Below the pieces are notes generated by a model that worked only from the letters and a program-made list of their open reading frames with translations, made no database searches and was not told where the DNA came from. Below are positions 23,320 to 37,215 of a stretch of 64,000 nt of DNA, in pieces. Origin of the DNA: Somniosus microcephalus (taxonomy: Eukaryota); assembly GCA_052327205.1 (NCBI GenBank), contig CM126214.1:54002001-54066000 (forward strand). Reading direction: 5' to 3'. A program made the translations under genes and the position numbers. Every line of letters begins with the position of its first letter. The stretch's first letter is position 1.

Positions 23320-26129
23320 AACAATTTCTAACTGTTTGAATAAATGTGCTTGAGAATGAAAGTGGTACCACGAGGTATATTTAAGCAACCATTTATTTAA
23401 AGCATTACAGCGTTCACTAAGAGAGTTTCTGCGTGCTTTCAACAATGGCCTGAAGTCATATAGCGCCTTTAACACAGAAAACATCCCAAGATACTTCACA
23501 GAGGGGAAATGGACACTGAGAAATAGTCGGAGAGCGTGGGCGAAAAGATTTTAAAGGGGAGGAGAGAAGTAGTAAGGTGAAGGAGTTCAGCCAGGGAGTA
23601 CTGGAGCGTAGGCCCGAGAGAGAAGAAGGCCCTGGCACCGATGGTGGGGTGGAGGCAGGGGCACAGGGGACGGGGTGGAGTGTACGCACAGAACGCCCGA
23701 GCTAGAGGAAGGGCACGGAGTTGGGTAAGTCTCTCATCTCACCTATTGAATGAAGGACTCTATAGTGTGTGCGGGGGCCTAGAGACCAGCCGCTCAGTCT
23801 GCTGCATGGAGCAGTCTTGAGAACTACCCTCTCTGTCAGCAAAAAACTGCCTTGTGACAAACATTATAAAAATATAAAAGAGCCATCAGCGTATGCTTCA
23901 GTACAGTCGCACAGTGGGGATGCTGCACTCCAAGAGGCTGATCTACAATATGAGCTATTACAGTGTGTAAATATTAAAATGGGCTCATTATAATCCTTAA
24001 AGACAGTGCCTTAGCATCAGTAATCCTGTCACAAATAAAGCACCAAAAGTTACCATTAACTATTCTTTGTATCTGCCTATTACTGCTGTTTCTTTGGCAA
24101 TTATATTGCTCAACCTACAAGACATCAACAGAGGGAGGTGGGTTAACAGACACAGGTCGCTGAAACACCCTGGATTAATGGCAAGATCACTCCCAGGTGA
24201 AGGGCCTGGGCACGCTTGTATTGCAGGATATCATCAAGGTTTAAAGAAATGACAGGAGAGAAGGTGGGATAAATCAAGAAGCAGTGGTTGGGTGATGCAA
24301 AGGTTGGGTTTTACAGGCCTGAAGTTTGCAGGAGAAAGGAAAGACTGAGGGAGGTCAGGAGTTCCACAGTTTTGAGGTCCCGGAATGCGTTAGGCTTGAA
24401 AACCGAATGATAAATCTTGATTTCAACACGATGAGGGTGCGGGGAGGAGCGGGAGAACCCGAGGTGGTGTTTAGAAGGAATCAGAGAGAAAAGTACAAAG
24501 TACTGTAGTTGTATTAATAAAATAGAGAGTGAGACAAGAAAGGTTATGATGGGAAAAGAGGGAAGTTGGAGACTGGAGGATAAATTGACCAACCCTATGC
24601 CCCCAATGGGGAGCTGTGCTCAAAGGGACTATGGGTCAGAGAATCAGTGCTACAGTTTTGTCCCCATCTCCAACCCGCGTTCCTTCTGAATACTGCTCCC
24701 TGCTGGGAGCGCTGAATTCACCTTCAGAGGTTTGCTGTAAGTCCATGTATGCGAATGTCAGTTGAGGTCAGATCTGACTTGGCTCTGATGCCTCCCATGA
24801 TGGAATAGTTGGTTGGCACTCAATCTAGGTTCATTGGTGAAGTGCTGGAGCTAGTCCCGGTGGAATGGTACCCCAGCACGAGTCTGCACCTTCAGGAGCC
24901 GAGGGGGGAAAGCTGGAAGGAACACTTGCTTAAAAAAAAAGTAAAATATCTTTAAAGTTAATCAGAATTCTTGCTAGCTGTGTTAGTTTGAACACACTAT
25001 TTAAGGTGAGACTCTCGCTCTGATGCATTGCCATCTAGAAAAGGATTTTTCTTTTACATTAAATTGTTTATTTAAAAAGATGTTTTCTTTCGCCTGTCAC
25101 GACAGTCATCAGTTTGTGTCCTCTTCAGCTCTGTGAGCTGTCTGCTTTGATTTACAATACATAAAATAATTTAAAATACATGACAACACTCAAATATGTA
25201 CAAGAACAGTAATTTTTATTGCTCTGTACAGGGCAGATTGAACTGCTGCCAATACAAGCTTCCCACAGAGTCGTCACACTTTGTGCAACCCTTGTCCTGA
25301 GTGGCACCACAGCACCAATTAGTCTCAGTGCCCCTAGACTCACTAAAATGTGAGGAACGGCAGATATCTATGCACTTGGAGTCTTAGTTTTATTGTTGTG
25401 CTTTCAAATGACTGGTTAGAGTACGGTTTTGGAGCAGGCATTCTGCACAGAATGCGGATGTACATGTATTGACAAGAAAAATCCCAGGTTCAGAGGAGTA
25501 AATAGGCAAAGCAGCAATCAGTAATGGTCAGCGCCGTACGTTGTACAGTGACCACAGGGCACTTCACGTGCTACTCCTGGGAATCTGACTCTTTCATCTT
25601 GGCCCCGATGACCTCCTAAGGCCACCGCGAGTTGTTCTTGGTCAACCCACTGGAAGGAGCACAACAGCAACGTGAAATGCTCAGTCCTCTGATGTCCCCT
25701 TCCTCACCCTTTGTTTGATGTCCTTCCTGTACCCCTTCCACCAGCATGGTCAAGACAGGGGGGAATCACTTAGTGGGCCATTCCAGGTGCCAACCCATGT
25801 CCTACCAGCTTGTGGCACAATGCTTTAGCCCTCTAACTTGCCATCATGCCACCCACTGTACTCAGCATTAAACAGGTCAGATTTTCTTCTCCTTTTTCAC
25901 CATTTCTCTCCCCATCTCTGTTGCAGGCTCTAACCCTTTCTGGGGTATGACTCAACAGGGGCCTAGTGCCATCTGGTACCTCGCCTAAATGGCAGTAGTC
26001 ACTGGGTAGTGATCAGGAGTAGGAACCTGGTTAGTTGCCCCCTCTCCTGCCTTTCCTCACATTTTAATACTATGAACCTGTAGGTATATGCCCTGGTGTC
26101 CTTGTCTGGGGTCTTCCCTCAACCAATAC

Positions 26130-26590
26130 AATCAAAAATAGGTTAATTGATCTCTTCTCTGCACTGCCTCCAGTGCCTGAATGTCTCCCTGTTTCTCTGT
26201 GACAAAAACTGGACACAGTACTCGAGGTGACTAGAGCACAGTGTAGTTCGATCTCACTTTCTACTGTTTTGGTTGTGTAGTTCAACATCCTATTGGCTTT
26301 GTTGCTTGTTGCTCTGCATTGGTTGGGAATGTTGCGTGTCGAGCTAGGTAGGGGTTAGTTTCTTCCTTAGCTATTTCAACACCATTCATGGAGTGCGTGT
26401 GTCATCCATTTTTCCTTCCAAAGTGCAGTACTTGACACTTGCCTACATTAAATTTCATCTGCCATTGTTCTGCCCCTGTACATATTTTGTCCAACTCGCT
26501 CTGTAATTTTGGAAGTACCTCCTTGAACTCCACCGCCACTCATCACTTTGTATCATCTGTAAACATGACTAATTTGCACTGAATTAGTTA
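26130..26590 (-). mobile_element. Old degenerate CR1 ORF2 fragment
   Basis: Residual RT-like words (tcatctgtaaac, ttgcctacattaaatttcatctgcca, aaactggacacagtactc) on the minus strand. Confidence 0.6.
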
Positions 26591-26707
26591 GAAAGGTGTC
26601 CCATCCAAGGGCATGCTACAATTACCTAGATATTGGGCAGGTTGTTGAAGGGTTCTGAGCATGAGGAAATGATCCAAGATAAAAGTCCAAATAAACATAC
26701 GAAGCAC

Positions 26708-26850
26708 CTTGACCTTTCATCAGAAAGGTCATCGATCTGAAACGTTAACTCTGTTTCTCTCTCCACAGATGCTGCCTGGCCTTCTGAGTATTTCCAGAAT
26801 TTTTTGTTTTTATTTCAGATTTCCATCATCTGCAGTATTTCGCATTTGTA
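26708..26850 (+). mobile_element. Penelope-like pLTR fragment
   Basis: aggtcatcgatctgaaacgttaactctgtttctctctccacagatgctgcc matches the reverse complement of 29415-29510. Confidence 0.75.
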
Positions 26851-26859
26851 TACGAAGAA

Positions 26860-27190
26860 CCTTACTGAACTTTTACAAAATATTAAAGGGCAGAGATAAG
26901 GTTAACCTGGAAGCACTACTTCAAGGTGTTCCAGGATGCTAGTATGAGGAGGAGTAGATTAAAACTAGTAGGGGAAAGCTTAGGACAGACGTCAAGTAGA
27001 ACCTTTCATGCAAAGAGCAATCTGAGAGAAGCCATAAGGTTCTATATAAAGGCAATTCAATAGTTGCTTTAAAAAGTTGAATACTAAAGGATTTGGGGAG
27101 CAAGCAAGAGAGTGAGATTAGACTATGTGGCTCAGATGAAGCAAACACTGGCCAAATGGTTTGTTTTCTGTGTTATAATGTTTGATGATT
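26860..27190 (+). mobile_element. Degenerate CR1 3' fragment
   Basis: YKILKG-like codons followed by a decayed 3' UTR. Confidence 0.5.
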
Positions 27191-28479
27191 CGATGAATAG
27201 TTAGAGCAGGTAGGTGGGAGTGCAGGAACTAATAAGCGGCAAGGTGAAGTTTCATAACCACAACTCCGCACACTTCAGCCATCAGTAAGAGGCCCCATAT
27301 GAAGTGATAATGGTTTCACTACAATGAAAAAGGTAATTCAGAGAACCAGTCCCTGCAGGCCTCTCTAATCTGCAGAGGCCTCATACAGTAACATTCCTGT
27401 TTTTGTCGTCGAGTGACCCTTCTTTGGAATGTATGGAGGTTGGGTGAGGATCAGCTTTGATGATTGAAAAGTTTAACAGACTTCACACCCTATTTGGATC
27501 CCTACTGCTTCCTCCATACATTTCCCTTAATAGCTCAGCAAGCCGAGCGATTAGAACCATCCATTCCACTGTCTGTCAATCTACTCATGTTAACACGTCA
27601 AATAAGCTAGTTCATCCAACAACCAATTTTTGACACTCGCTATCTGGATTGATACTTGAAGAATGACTACCTGGAACTGTATCCCAGGAAGAGTCAGCAT
27701 CTCTATGTAGACATTACCAAAAAGGTTTTGTAAACACTGAAGAGAATTCTTCATTTCAGCTCCTTCCATGCCCTGGTAGAGATGTAGCTCGCCAGCTGTG
27801 TAATATTAGATTTCAAATAACCGATAGGTTCAGACTGACATCCTTCAGAAGTGCAAGGAATGTTGATCTCTGCCCATCCCAATGGCAGCCAGCCCGAGTT
27901 GGATCCATCATCCTACTGGGCCTTTCGACAATGCTGTGGCTTCTCGAAGCTGCTTTAAAACTGGCACATAAAGGGAAATCTCTCCTTGTTGGGGAAGAAA
28001 TACTTTAAGCAGTTTTATCTCCCCTAAATTTCACCACAATGTGGGTCACAGAGTAGAGGCTGGAGCTAGTGACAAATTATTTGTGACTGTTTTTAAATGT
28101 TCTGAGGGATGTGATATCAATTTAAGTCTTTAGTTCCAGAAGCTTGACAAGTTTGTCAAGTTTGTTTCAGCCGCCCACCAGTTCTACAAACAGTGAGTTT
28201 CCAGTCTTGAAAAATACCACTGGGTGGGGAAGAAATGAAATGTGCTTCCCCAGGGACAGAAAGTTGAAAATTGAAAGGCAAATCGCCCCAGGTGATTCAC
28301 ACACATCTCCTGGCGAGTCGCTGACCAATCCCAATGGAAGAGGCCTTGGAGGTCAGCTGTGGAATAGAACCAGACACAGTGAAGAAAGAACTTTGTAGAC
28401 AAATGCATGCAGTTATAGTACACCTCTTAGAAACTCTTCAAATTACTTTACGTTAAAGTAGTAAATTACTTTAAAGTGC

Positions 28480-28810
28480 AGTGACTGCTGTCGTGCAGGC
28501 AAATGTCAGCAGCAGCAGCCAATTTGTGTACAGAAACAGCAACGAGATGGATGGCCGGCTAATCTGGTTTTGGTGATGTTGCTTGAGGAACATGTTGGCC
28601 AGGAGATTGCTCTTCTTCTGATACATTCACCTGAGGCATTAGAACAGCCAGCTTAGCATCTTATCTAAAGGACAACACCTCCGGCAAAGTAGCACTCCTT
28701 CACTACTGTACTGGAGTGCCAGCCTACCTTAGCTGCTTAAATTCTGGCAGGGAGCTTGAACCAAGGTCTTCATGATTCAGAGGCAGAAGTGCGACCAACT
28801 GAGCCAATCT
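28480..28810 (-). mobile_element. Degenerate DeuSINE
   Basis: gcagccaatttg..., agcactcc..., ccaactgagcca match the intact copies. Confidence 0.65.
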
Positions 28811-29399
28811 AACCCTTGTCTTGGTAGTAATCTAAGTGTACATTGGACCAACAAATTAAAAAGGCAAGGCGTCTCAGTGAGCTAGAAGGTTTGACCTGTG
28901 ACTGAACCAAAATGGATGTGCCAGTTTTCCCATAGTTTGGACAGTCCAAATAAATCAGGAACACTGTGTAGGGAATCATAGCCAAAATCCTGTTCCTCCT
29001 TTCAGTGATGTGGTGGTGAGAGATTAAACCAAGGCCCTGTCTGCCTGTTTCAATGCTTCAGGTGGATATTAAAGATCCCATGGCAGCATTCAAATTCTCC
29101 CAGTTCTCAACATTTTACTTTACTAAGACTAATTTATCCAAGAATAGCTTGTCTTCAAAAACTGCCACAGGGTTTTTAACATCCACCTATGATACTGTAA
29201 CATGTTAATGTTCTAATAATCCCAATCGCTCAGTTGGTGAATACGTCGCTCACTGGTTCACTTGTTCCCAGGTGAGTTGAATAAGCTGATTTCTGCTGAG
29301 GGAACAGTTGGAACACTGCAGTTGACCTCAGCGGTATTGTGTTAGGAAATGAAGGTTTCCCACATCTGAACACTATCCACTGACTCCGGCTGAAACGAA

Positions 29400-29855
29400 A
29401 ACAACTAAAACAACAACAGAAAATGCTGGAAACACTCAGCAGGTCAGGCAGCATCGTGGAGAGAGAAACAGAGTTAACGTTTCAGGTCGATGACCCTTCG
29501 TCAGAACTGGAAAAAGTTGGAGAAGTAACAGATTTTTAAGCAAGTGCAGGGGCAGGGAAAGGGAGGGGGGGAAGAAATAGCAAAAGGGAAGGTCTGTGAT
29601 AGGATGGAAGGCAGGAGAGATTAAATGACAAAAGGGATGATGGTGCAAGGCAAAAGGAGATGTAAATGGGACAAGTTAAGAAACAAAAGATGACTCTAGA
29701 TGAGATGTAAATGACAATGGCAGAATCATCGACAGCTGCCATGTGTGAGAGAAAAAATAAAACAGGGGTCGAAGTTATAGTCTGAAATTGTTGAACTCAA
29801 TGTTGAGTCCAGAAGACTGTAAAGTGCCTAATCGAAAGATGAGGTGCTGTTCCTC
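29400..29855 (-). mobile_element. Penelope-like element 3' end/pLTR with minimal hammerhead ribozyme
   Basis: Minus strand reads GIY-YIG C-terminal-like EEQHLIFRLGTLQSSGLNIEFNNF, then a UTR, then the hammerhead-containing pLTR. Confidence 0.85.
29472..29508 (-). ncRNA. Minimal type I hammerhead ribozyme
   Basis: Minus strand AGTT-CTGACGA-AGGGTC-ATC-GACCT-GAAACGTT-AACT: conserved CUGANGA and GAAA core, stem II, and stem I AGTT/AACT. Confidence 0.75.
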
Positions 29856-30094
29856 GGCTGAAACTATATGGATGTCGGATAAGGGCAGGATCATCCACAG
29901 CCGTGATGCTTTCTATGGTCGATTAGCCCACTGCCGAGGCTCGCACATGCAGAATGGCCACTTGAGTGAGGTACCTGAGGGCTGATGACACACACAAACT
30001 GGACTCCAGCATGAGTCATCACCTTCAGAAAGGAAGAGCTTAAAACTGATGGGGGAAGGGGTGGAATAGCACGTTTCAAAACTTAAAGAGTGAA

Positions 30095-30536
30095 AAATTT
30101 GCATTTTCATCACCTCAGGATGTCCCAAAGTGTGTTATAGCCAACGAAGTACTTTTGAAGTGTAGTCACTGTTGTAATGTAGGAAACGCAGCTGCCAATT
30201 TGCGCACAGCAAGCTCCCACAAACAGCAATGTGATAATGACCAGATAATCTGTTTCAGTGATGTTGGTTGAGGGATAAATATTGGCCAGGACACTGAGGA
30301 GAACTCCCCCATTCTTCTTCGAACTTGTGCCAGGGGATCTTTTACTTTCAAACTGAGCGGTCAAACAGAGCTTTGGTTTAACATCTCATCTGAAAGGTGG
30401 CACCTCCAACAGTGCAGCACTCCCTCAGCACTGCACTGGACTGTCTACCTAGATTTTTGGCTCAAGTCTCTGGAGTGGGTCTTGAAACCACACCCTTCTG
30501 ACTCAAAGGCAAAAGTCCTACCACACAGCCACGGCT
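30095..30536 (-). mobile_element. DeuSINE, full length
   Basis: Colinear with the copies at 49103 and 61900; tRNA-like head at the right end. Confidence 0.9.
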
Positions 30537-30974
30537 AAAACCTTTGAAACCAAGAAATTCTGGCAACTTATGCTATTACAAGAGACCCAACCTAGCTGTC
30601 CCTGCAATATTCAAGTCCTATTCTCCTTTGCTCACTATCACAGAAGAAACTGGTCCATGACAACTGCAAGACTGGCTACAGGTGGAGGAATCCCCAACAT
30701 AAGATCTTTAATGCCACATTGAAGAAGAAGCAGCAGCCATCCTGAGGAGGTAGGCAGCCCAATCCTTTGGACATGGAGAAGTTGGAGGGCCAGTGGCGGG
30801 TTAAGGTATGTCAGGACCATCAGCAGCTTGTCTAACTCATGACTTGGAAATGTAGACACACTTGCAAGAAACTTGATGGGTCTCCTTCAAATCGAATAAG
30901 GAAAGATGCTGTGATCAACCTTAGATTCTGACACCTCTCCATTTTATTTCCATCTAACTGAAATGCAGTAGGAT

Positions 30975-31760
30975 GCCACTGACTCCATCCCTCTCCCTAA
31001 CATCTGTCTGAGGCTGAACCACACTGTTCGCAACCTTGGTGTCATATTTGACCCTGAAATGAGATTCTGGCCACATATCCGCAGCATAACTAAGACCGCC
31101 TATTTCCACCTCTGTAACATCGCCCGTCTCCGCCCTTGCCTCAGTTCATCCGTTGCTGAAACCCTCATCCATGCCTTTGTTACCTCTAGGCTTGATTAGC
31201 CCAATGCACTCCTGGCTGGCCTCCCACATTCTACCCTACATAAACTTGAGGTGATCTAAAACTCTGTTGCCCGTGTCCTAACTCACACCAAGTCCTGTTC
31301 ACCCATCACCCCTGTGCTCGCTGACCTACATTGGCTCCCGGTTAAGCAACGCCTCAATTTCAAAATTCTCATCCTTGTTTTCAAATCCCTCCATGGCCTC
31401 GCCCTTTCCTATCTCTGTAATCTCCTCCAGCCCCACAACCCCCTGAGGTATCTGCGCTCCTCTAATTCTGGCCTCTTGAGCATCTCTGATTATAATCGCT
31501 CAACCTTTGGTGGTCGTGCCTTCTGTTGCCTAGGCCCTAAGCTCTGGAATCCCCTGCCTAAACCTCTCCACCTCGCTACCTCTTTTTCCTCCTTTAAGAT
31601 GCTCCTTAAAACCTACCTCTTTGACCAAGCTTTTGGTCACCTGCTGTAATTTCTCCTTATGTGGCTTGGTGTCAAAATTTTTGTCTTATAATACTCCTGT
31701 GCAGCGCCTTGGGACGTTTTACTATGTTAAAGGCGCTACATAAATACAAGTTGCTGTTGA
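30975..31760 (+). mobile_element. L2 LINE 3' fragment
   Basis: VRNLGVIFD, SRLD, LADLHWLPVKQR, LLKTYLF motifs; 3' end aaggcgctacataaatacaagttg. Confidence 0.9.
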
Positions 31761-33689
31761 GGAAGAGGAGAGGGAAGGAAGTGGATAGGCCCTTCCATCT
31801 CTGTGCTACTCACCACAGCCTCATCCATGTCATCTGTCGTCCTTTCTTTCTTATTCAGCAGCTCAGAAGGATCCACTGGGAGGGAGGTAGATTGTTCCGA
31901 CGAGGGTTTGTCACTGGGTAATGCATAGAGCACGAGGGTGCTGGGAGAGTCAGAAGTGAAGATTGAGTCTGGTTCTGCAGCCTGCAGACTCAGATCTCCT
32001 GAGTCCTGCTCTAAAACAAGGATGCTCGATGAGCGTCACAGCTAAGTAAGGGGCACTGAGGATCACCTCACAGTACCTGAGGCAAATGGCCGAGGTCGCA
32101 GCAGTGTCATCCTTGGCGCCAACATTCAAGAAGACTTCAACACAATGCAGTGATGAAGTGACAGCAGCAGGAACATCTGCATCAACACTGCTGGAAGGCA
32201 GCTGGTGCAAGCCCTCTTGTGCTACAAAGCACAGACGAAAAATCCTGAATCACTCCAGTAACTGCAGGGATAGGCCACAAAAGTTTTAGGAGACTCAGAA
32301 GTATTTTCTGGAGCTACGGTGAGTAAATGGAGTTGAGCTACAGATCAGCCGTGATCTAACTGAATGGCAGAGGAGGCAGGAGGAGCTGAATGGCCTGCTC
32401 CTGCTCCTATGTTAAACAGTAACTTCCTCCTTGCTCCGCTGATCTTGGCATTCACACCTACTTTATACAGACGTAAGTCAAGTCAGATTCGGAACTGATG
32501 GAAGTGATAAGATTTCTGACGGTTGACATTTTCCCGTCATTACCTACACCTTCACCTTTCTCGGGCGGGGTCTCCTTCCACCGACCCACACTCCTGCTCG
32601 AATTCACCGCACTATAAAGATAGAACTGAACTCTGCCGCGTCCGAGCCCCGTCCCAAATCCCAACATGCCCACCCACCCTGCCGGTGATCTGCTCGTTCG
32701 GGATGCTATTTTAATCATGTAATCTGAGGGCTAGAGTGTTCTGATTGCATCCCAAATAGTATTGCACTGAAGGGATGAGGATAGAAGGGGGAGGGGTTTG
32801 GTCTGTTCTCAGGGTCTGGGAGGCTCATATTTCCAGGCCAAGACTGCAAGGAATCAGCTGCACTGAAGTGTAATTGTGACAGTCACCGCAAGCCCTTTGA
32901 TGCGGTGCCTTTGATCTTTCTGTCTGGGTTTTTCTAAGGCCTGCTATTGTTATTGTCACTGGAATCTCACTGTTTCACAGCATGGCTTCAATGTTCCAAC
33001 CCTCCGTGGGAAGGTATTCACTTGGGTTTGGCGGCAGCGACATTTTAAACCTGTCTGCCTGTTCTAATGCTTCAGGTGGACACTGAAGGTTTCACAGCAC
33101 CATTCAGATTCTCCCAGGCTCCTGGGCCAGCATTCCTCCCTCAGCCAACACCACCAAAGGATCAGATTCATCTCACTGCATTTGTGAGGTCTGCAGTGCA
33201 CAAAATGGCTCGCTACATAACGACAGTAATTGCGTTTCAAAGTAACCAGTTGAATTTCAAGAGCTTTGGGGCATTTCTGAGAGATGTGATGAGCCTCCAT
33301 ATAAATGAGAATCTATCTTTCAAATGTGAGATGGTAACCTGACGACCTGCAGTGGTCCCTAAAGGTAACATCTGTAAATCTAATCTCCATGAGGCCCCGC
33401 CGAAGACTCGCTGAATAAATACGTCACCCGATGGGATGCTAAGCCACACAGAACAGAAAGGTCCATAGTTCAATTCTAGATGTGCGATGAGTTAACTGAT
33501 CTCAGCAGGGCAGCAGTAGCGGAGGATGCTACAATTGGCCTGATGTTCCGATGATGGGGAGAAGATTCAGTTTCACAATCCGGAGTTGAACAGCCTGCCA
33601 ACACTCACTATCTGGAGGCACACATGAAGAATGACCACTTGGAGCATATCTATGAGTTTCACAAGTGTGCATTCACATCCCTGTCAAGC

Positions 33690-34292
33690 CTCAGCTTGGC
33701 TCTGCTGACAGCACAGCTTTCCTCGGACAGAAGCTTATGATTTCAAGCCGCACTCCAGGGCCTGACCACATAATCCAGGCAGATACTCCAGAGTACTGAG
33801 GGAGTGCTGTATTGTTCGAGCTATTGGGGTAATTTAAATTTTGGGTGATAGTGTAAACCAGGCGATATCGATTCAGCCACCCGTTATATATCGCTCCCCA
33901 TTTTCATTTCGATTGGCCTCGGTGGAAATGAAAATGGGGAGAGATGTATAACGGGCAGCCCGTTTTACACCATCGCCCCGCTGTCTTTTGGATGAAACAT
34001 TAAGCTGAGTCCCGTCTGCATGTTCACAAAGATCCAACAGGACTGTTTAAAGAAGAGCAGGGAGTTCTCCAGGCCCCTTGGCCAACATTAGTCTCTCAAC
34101 CACCCTCAAAAACTGATTAACCGGTTATTCATCTCATTGCTGTTCAGAGGACTTTGCTGTGTGCAAAATGCCCGACGAGTTTACCTACATAACGACAGTC
34201 ACTAAACTTCAAAAATAATTGTGTGTGTAGTGCTTTCGGATGGTCCTAGGAAACACGATAAGATGCTATGTAAATGCAGTTCTTTTTTTATT
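33690..34292 (+). mobile_element. DeuSINE interrupted by a hairpin MITE
   Basis: SINE body before 33825 and after 33981 is colinear with the other copies. Confidence 0.7.
33826..33980. mobile_element. Palindromic MITE-like insertion
   Basis: cccgttatatatcgctccccattttcatttc pairs with gaaatgaaaatggggagagatgtataacggg; outer gggtgatagtgtaaa pairs with tttacaccatcgccc. Confidence 0.7.
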
Positions 34293-34324
34293 TGCTTACA
34301 GTACTCTAGCATCATTTTGATCAC

Positions 34325-34780
34325 AAAATCAGGACAAAGCAGCTCGCTTGATTGGCACCCCATCCACCACCTTAAACATTCACTCCTTCCACCATCGGCA
34401 TACCTTGGCTGCAGTGTGTACCATCTACAAAATGCAATGCAGCAACTTGCCAAGGCTTCTTCGACAGCACCTTCCAAACCCGCGACCTCTTCCACCTAGA
34501 AGGACAAGGGCAGCAGGCTCATGGGAACACCACCACCTCCAAGTTCCCCTCCAAGTCACACACCATCCTGACTTGGAAATATATCGGCTGTTCCTTCATC
34601 GTCGCTGGGTCAAAATCCTGGAACTCCCTCCCTAACAGCACTGTGGGGGCACCTTCGCCACACAAACTGCAGTGGTTTAAGAAGACGGCTCACCACCACC
34701 TTCTCAAGGGCAATTAGGGATGGGCAATAAATGCTGGCCTTGCTGGCGATGCCCAAATCCCATAAACGAATAAATGAAAA
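34325..34780 (+). mobile_element. 3' end of a second LINE family (CR1/L2 superfamily)
   Basis: IHSFHHR..AAVCTIYKM RT C-terminal codons; tail gggcaataaatgctggcc...gaataaa shared with 11090 and 53950. Confidence 0.75.
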
Positions 34781-35539
34781 AGATAAACAAGGATGCGGAA
34801 GGTCTTTTTCCCAATCTGAGCTCATTCCTCCAGACAATCTACAGTCTCCCATCACTGCATCCAACTGCCTCTTATATGATGCAAAGGTTTTTGCCTCCAC
34901 TACCCTCTGCAGAAGTCCATTCCACAAGTTGATCACTGTGTGAAGAACATCCTAATATCAGTCCTAACTTTACCTTTGCCACTTTCAACCTACGCCCCTT
35001 TCTCCTACTGTTATAGCCTACCTTGAAATTATGTGAGGCTCTCCAGAGCAAAGTACGCTCGTAAAATCAGCCCCATGGGGTAAGAATCCCACTGGCTGCC
35101 CAGTGTAGAGATATTGTTCATCAGTTTATAAAGTTTTCTTTTGCTTAATGTTTCAAGTAAAATCAGAAATGCGTTTCTATTAGATTGCGGTTGCCATTTT
35201 ACTACCAGCAGAGCTCTGTTCCAGGAGCACATATTAGGGATTGCGACCTGGAGTCGGTGCACCCGACATGATTTTCCGCCCATTAAAACTAATGGATGGA
35301 AAATTGTACTGGCACTCCTGTGATGGGAAGCTCTTGGGTGTCAGCCTCAGCTCTGTTGGTAGCACTCTCGGGTGAGCTGAATAAGGTGAGAATCACCACA
35401 AAGTGTGCAAAATGTTTCAAATTAATTATAGTAAAAGGACTGATGTTCTGTATCGCACAAGGCCGACAAGGCACTCTTGAACTAATCTCAAAGTCAGTGA
35501 ACACATCTCTCCACAGCTTAACTCCTCTTCAGCTTCCGT

Positions 35540-35972
35540 CAGCCGTGTTAGCCGTGGCTCAATTGGTAGCACTGACTTAGAAGGTGGTGGGTTCAAGTTG
35601 CACATAATTTAGGCTGACACTCCAGTGCAGCGCTGAGGGAGTGCTGCACTGTCGGAGGTGCCTTCTTTCAGATGAGACATTAAACCGAGGCCCCGTCTGC
35701 CCTCTCAGGTGGATGTAAACGATCACATGGTACTATTCAAAGGAGAGCAGGAGAATTCTCCCCAGTGCCCTGGCCAATATTTATCCTTCAACAATCTCAA
35801 TAAAGAAAAAATATCCGGCCATTAAAATATTACTGTTTGTGCGCAAATTGGATGGCATTTTCCTACATTACAACAGAGACTACACTTCAAAAGTGCTTCA
35901 TTGATTGTAAAGCGATATGGGACATCCTGAGGTTATGAAAGGCGCTACAAAATTTTTCGTCTTTCTTTCTTT
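35540..35972 (+). mobile_element. DeuSINE
   Basis: gccgtggctcaattggtagca head; gaggccccgtctgccctctcaggtggatgtaaa core. Confidence 0.9.
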
Positions 35973-36684
35973 ATTTTGCCAGAAGCACTAATACATAGAA
36001 GCTAACCCAAAATCTCAACATGCAGCAGTAATGTCACTACAAACACCAATCAGAGAGTACTTACATATTTTTGTAACAGTATGGAGGGAGCTTTACCTTA
36101 TATCTAACCCATGTTATATCTGACCTAGGTGTACTAGATGGAGGAATGGCATCCGTCATCTTGAGTTCAAAGAGTGTAGATAAAACATCTTTTAACAGGT
36201 TAGTCTGTTAACTTCAAAAACTAGTCTACAATATCTTCATGCCTAAGGCGGGGTGTACAGTCCTTACAAAATTTGAAGATACACAGGTAAGAGAGAACAA
36301 TACACGGACTGTCATTATCACTGATCACTGTGAGTCCTCAGGAATGAGGGATGTAATGTTGAGTTCTTATGTGACTGAAGTTTTACAGGAGTGTGTGACC
36401 ATCCACTTAAACACTATCAGGTTAGGACCTGAGCTTAGGTCTTGCGAGGCTGTGGCTTGATTTGCAATTGATGGGGACAAACGGACCTGCTCGCCCCCAC
36501 TCACACTTCCCCTCCTTTTGTTCATTGAAAGAGGGTCGAATATTCATCTGTCATGGCTTAAGGTACATTGTGGAGAAGGCCATCTATAAAATAATAAAAT
36601 ATAGTGCGCACTTCCAGTAAGTGTGACATTTACTTCCCGTAGCGCATTCCCCACCAAACTTTATTGACAACACCCCTATTGTTA

Positions 36685-37215
36685 GAACCATAATTTACAG
36701 CACAGAAGGAAGCCATTCAGCCCATAGTATCTGTGCCTTCTCTTTGCTAGAGCAATTCAAAACTAATCCCACTACCCTGCTTTCTCCCCATAACCCGATA
36801 CCTTCCTCTCCTTCAAATAATTATCCAGCTTTCCCTTGGAAGATGCAATGGTCTCTGACTCAATCACGCTCTGTGACAAAATATTCCATGTTCCAGCAAC
36901 CCTCGGAGTAAATAACAACTCTTAACCTCTCTGTTGTCTTCCTTAGTGACAGTTTTAAATTGATGACCTCCCATCATTGACTCCCCAACCAGAAGGAATA
37001 GTATTTACTTATTCAGCCGATCAGAGCCCTTTGTAATTTTAAAAACCTTTATTAAATCTCCTCTTCACCTTCTCTATTCTAATGAAAATAATCCCATCTC
37101 AAGTCTCTCCTTATAACTATAGCTTCCCACCCTTGGCATCATCCTGGTGAATCTATGCTGTACGCTCTCTATAGCCCTAATGTCCCTTCTATAGGGCACC
37201 CAAAACTGCACAGAG
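36685..37215 (-). mobile_element. Degenerate CR1 3' fragment
   Basis: Reverse-strand 3' UTR and terminal ORF2 (cccaaaactgcacag, catcctggtgaatct). Confidence 0.7.

Noticed and set aside
30110-30364. Recurrent small ORFs such as LLFVGACCAQIG / LSHCCLWELAV (also at 49045, 54565, 55179, 58843)
   Set aside because: Translations of DeuSINE copies, not a gene family.
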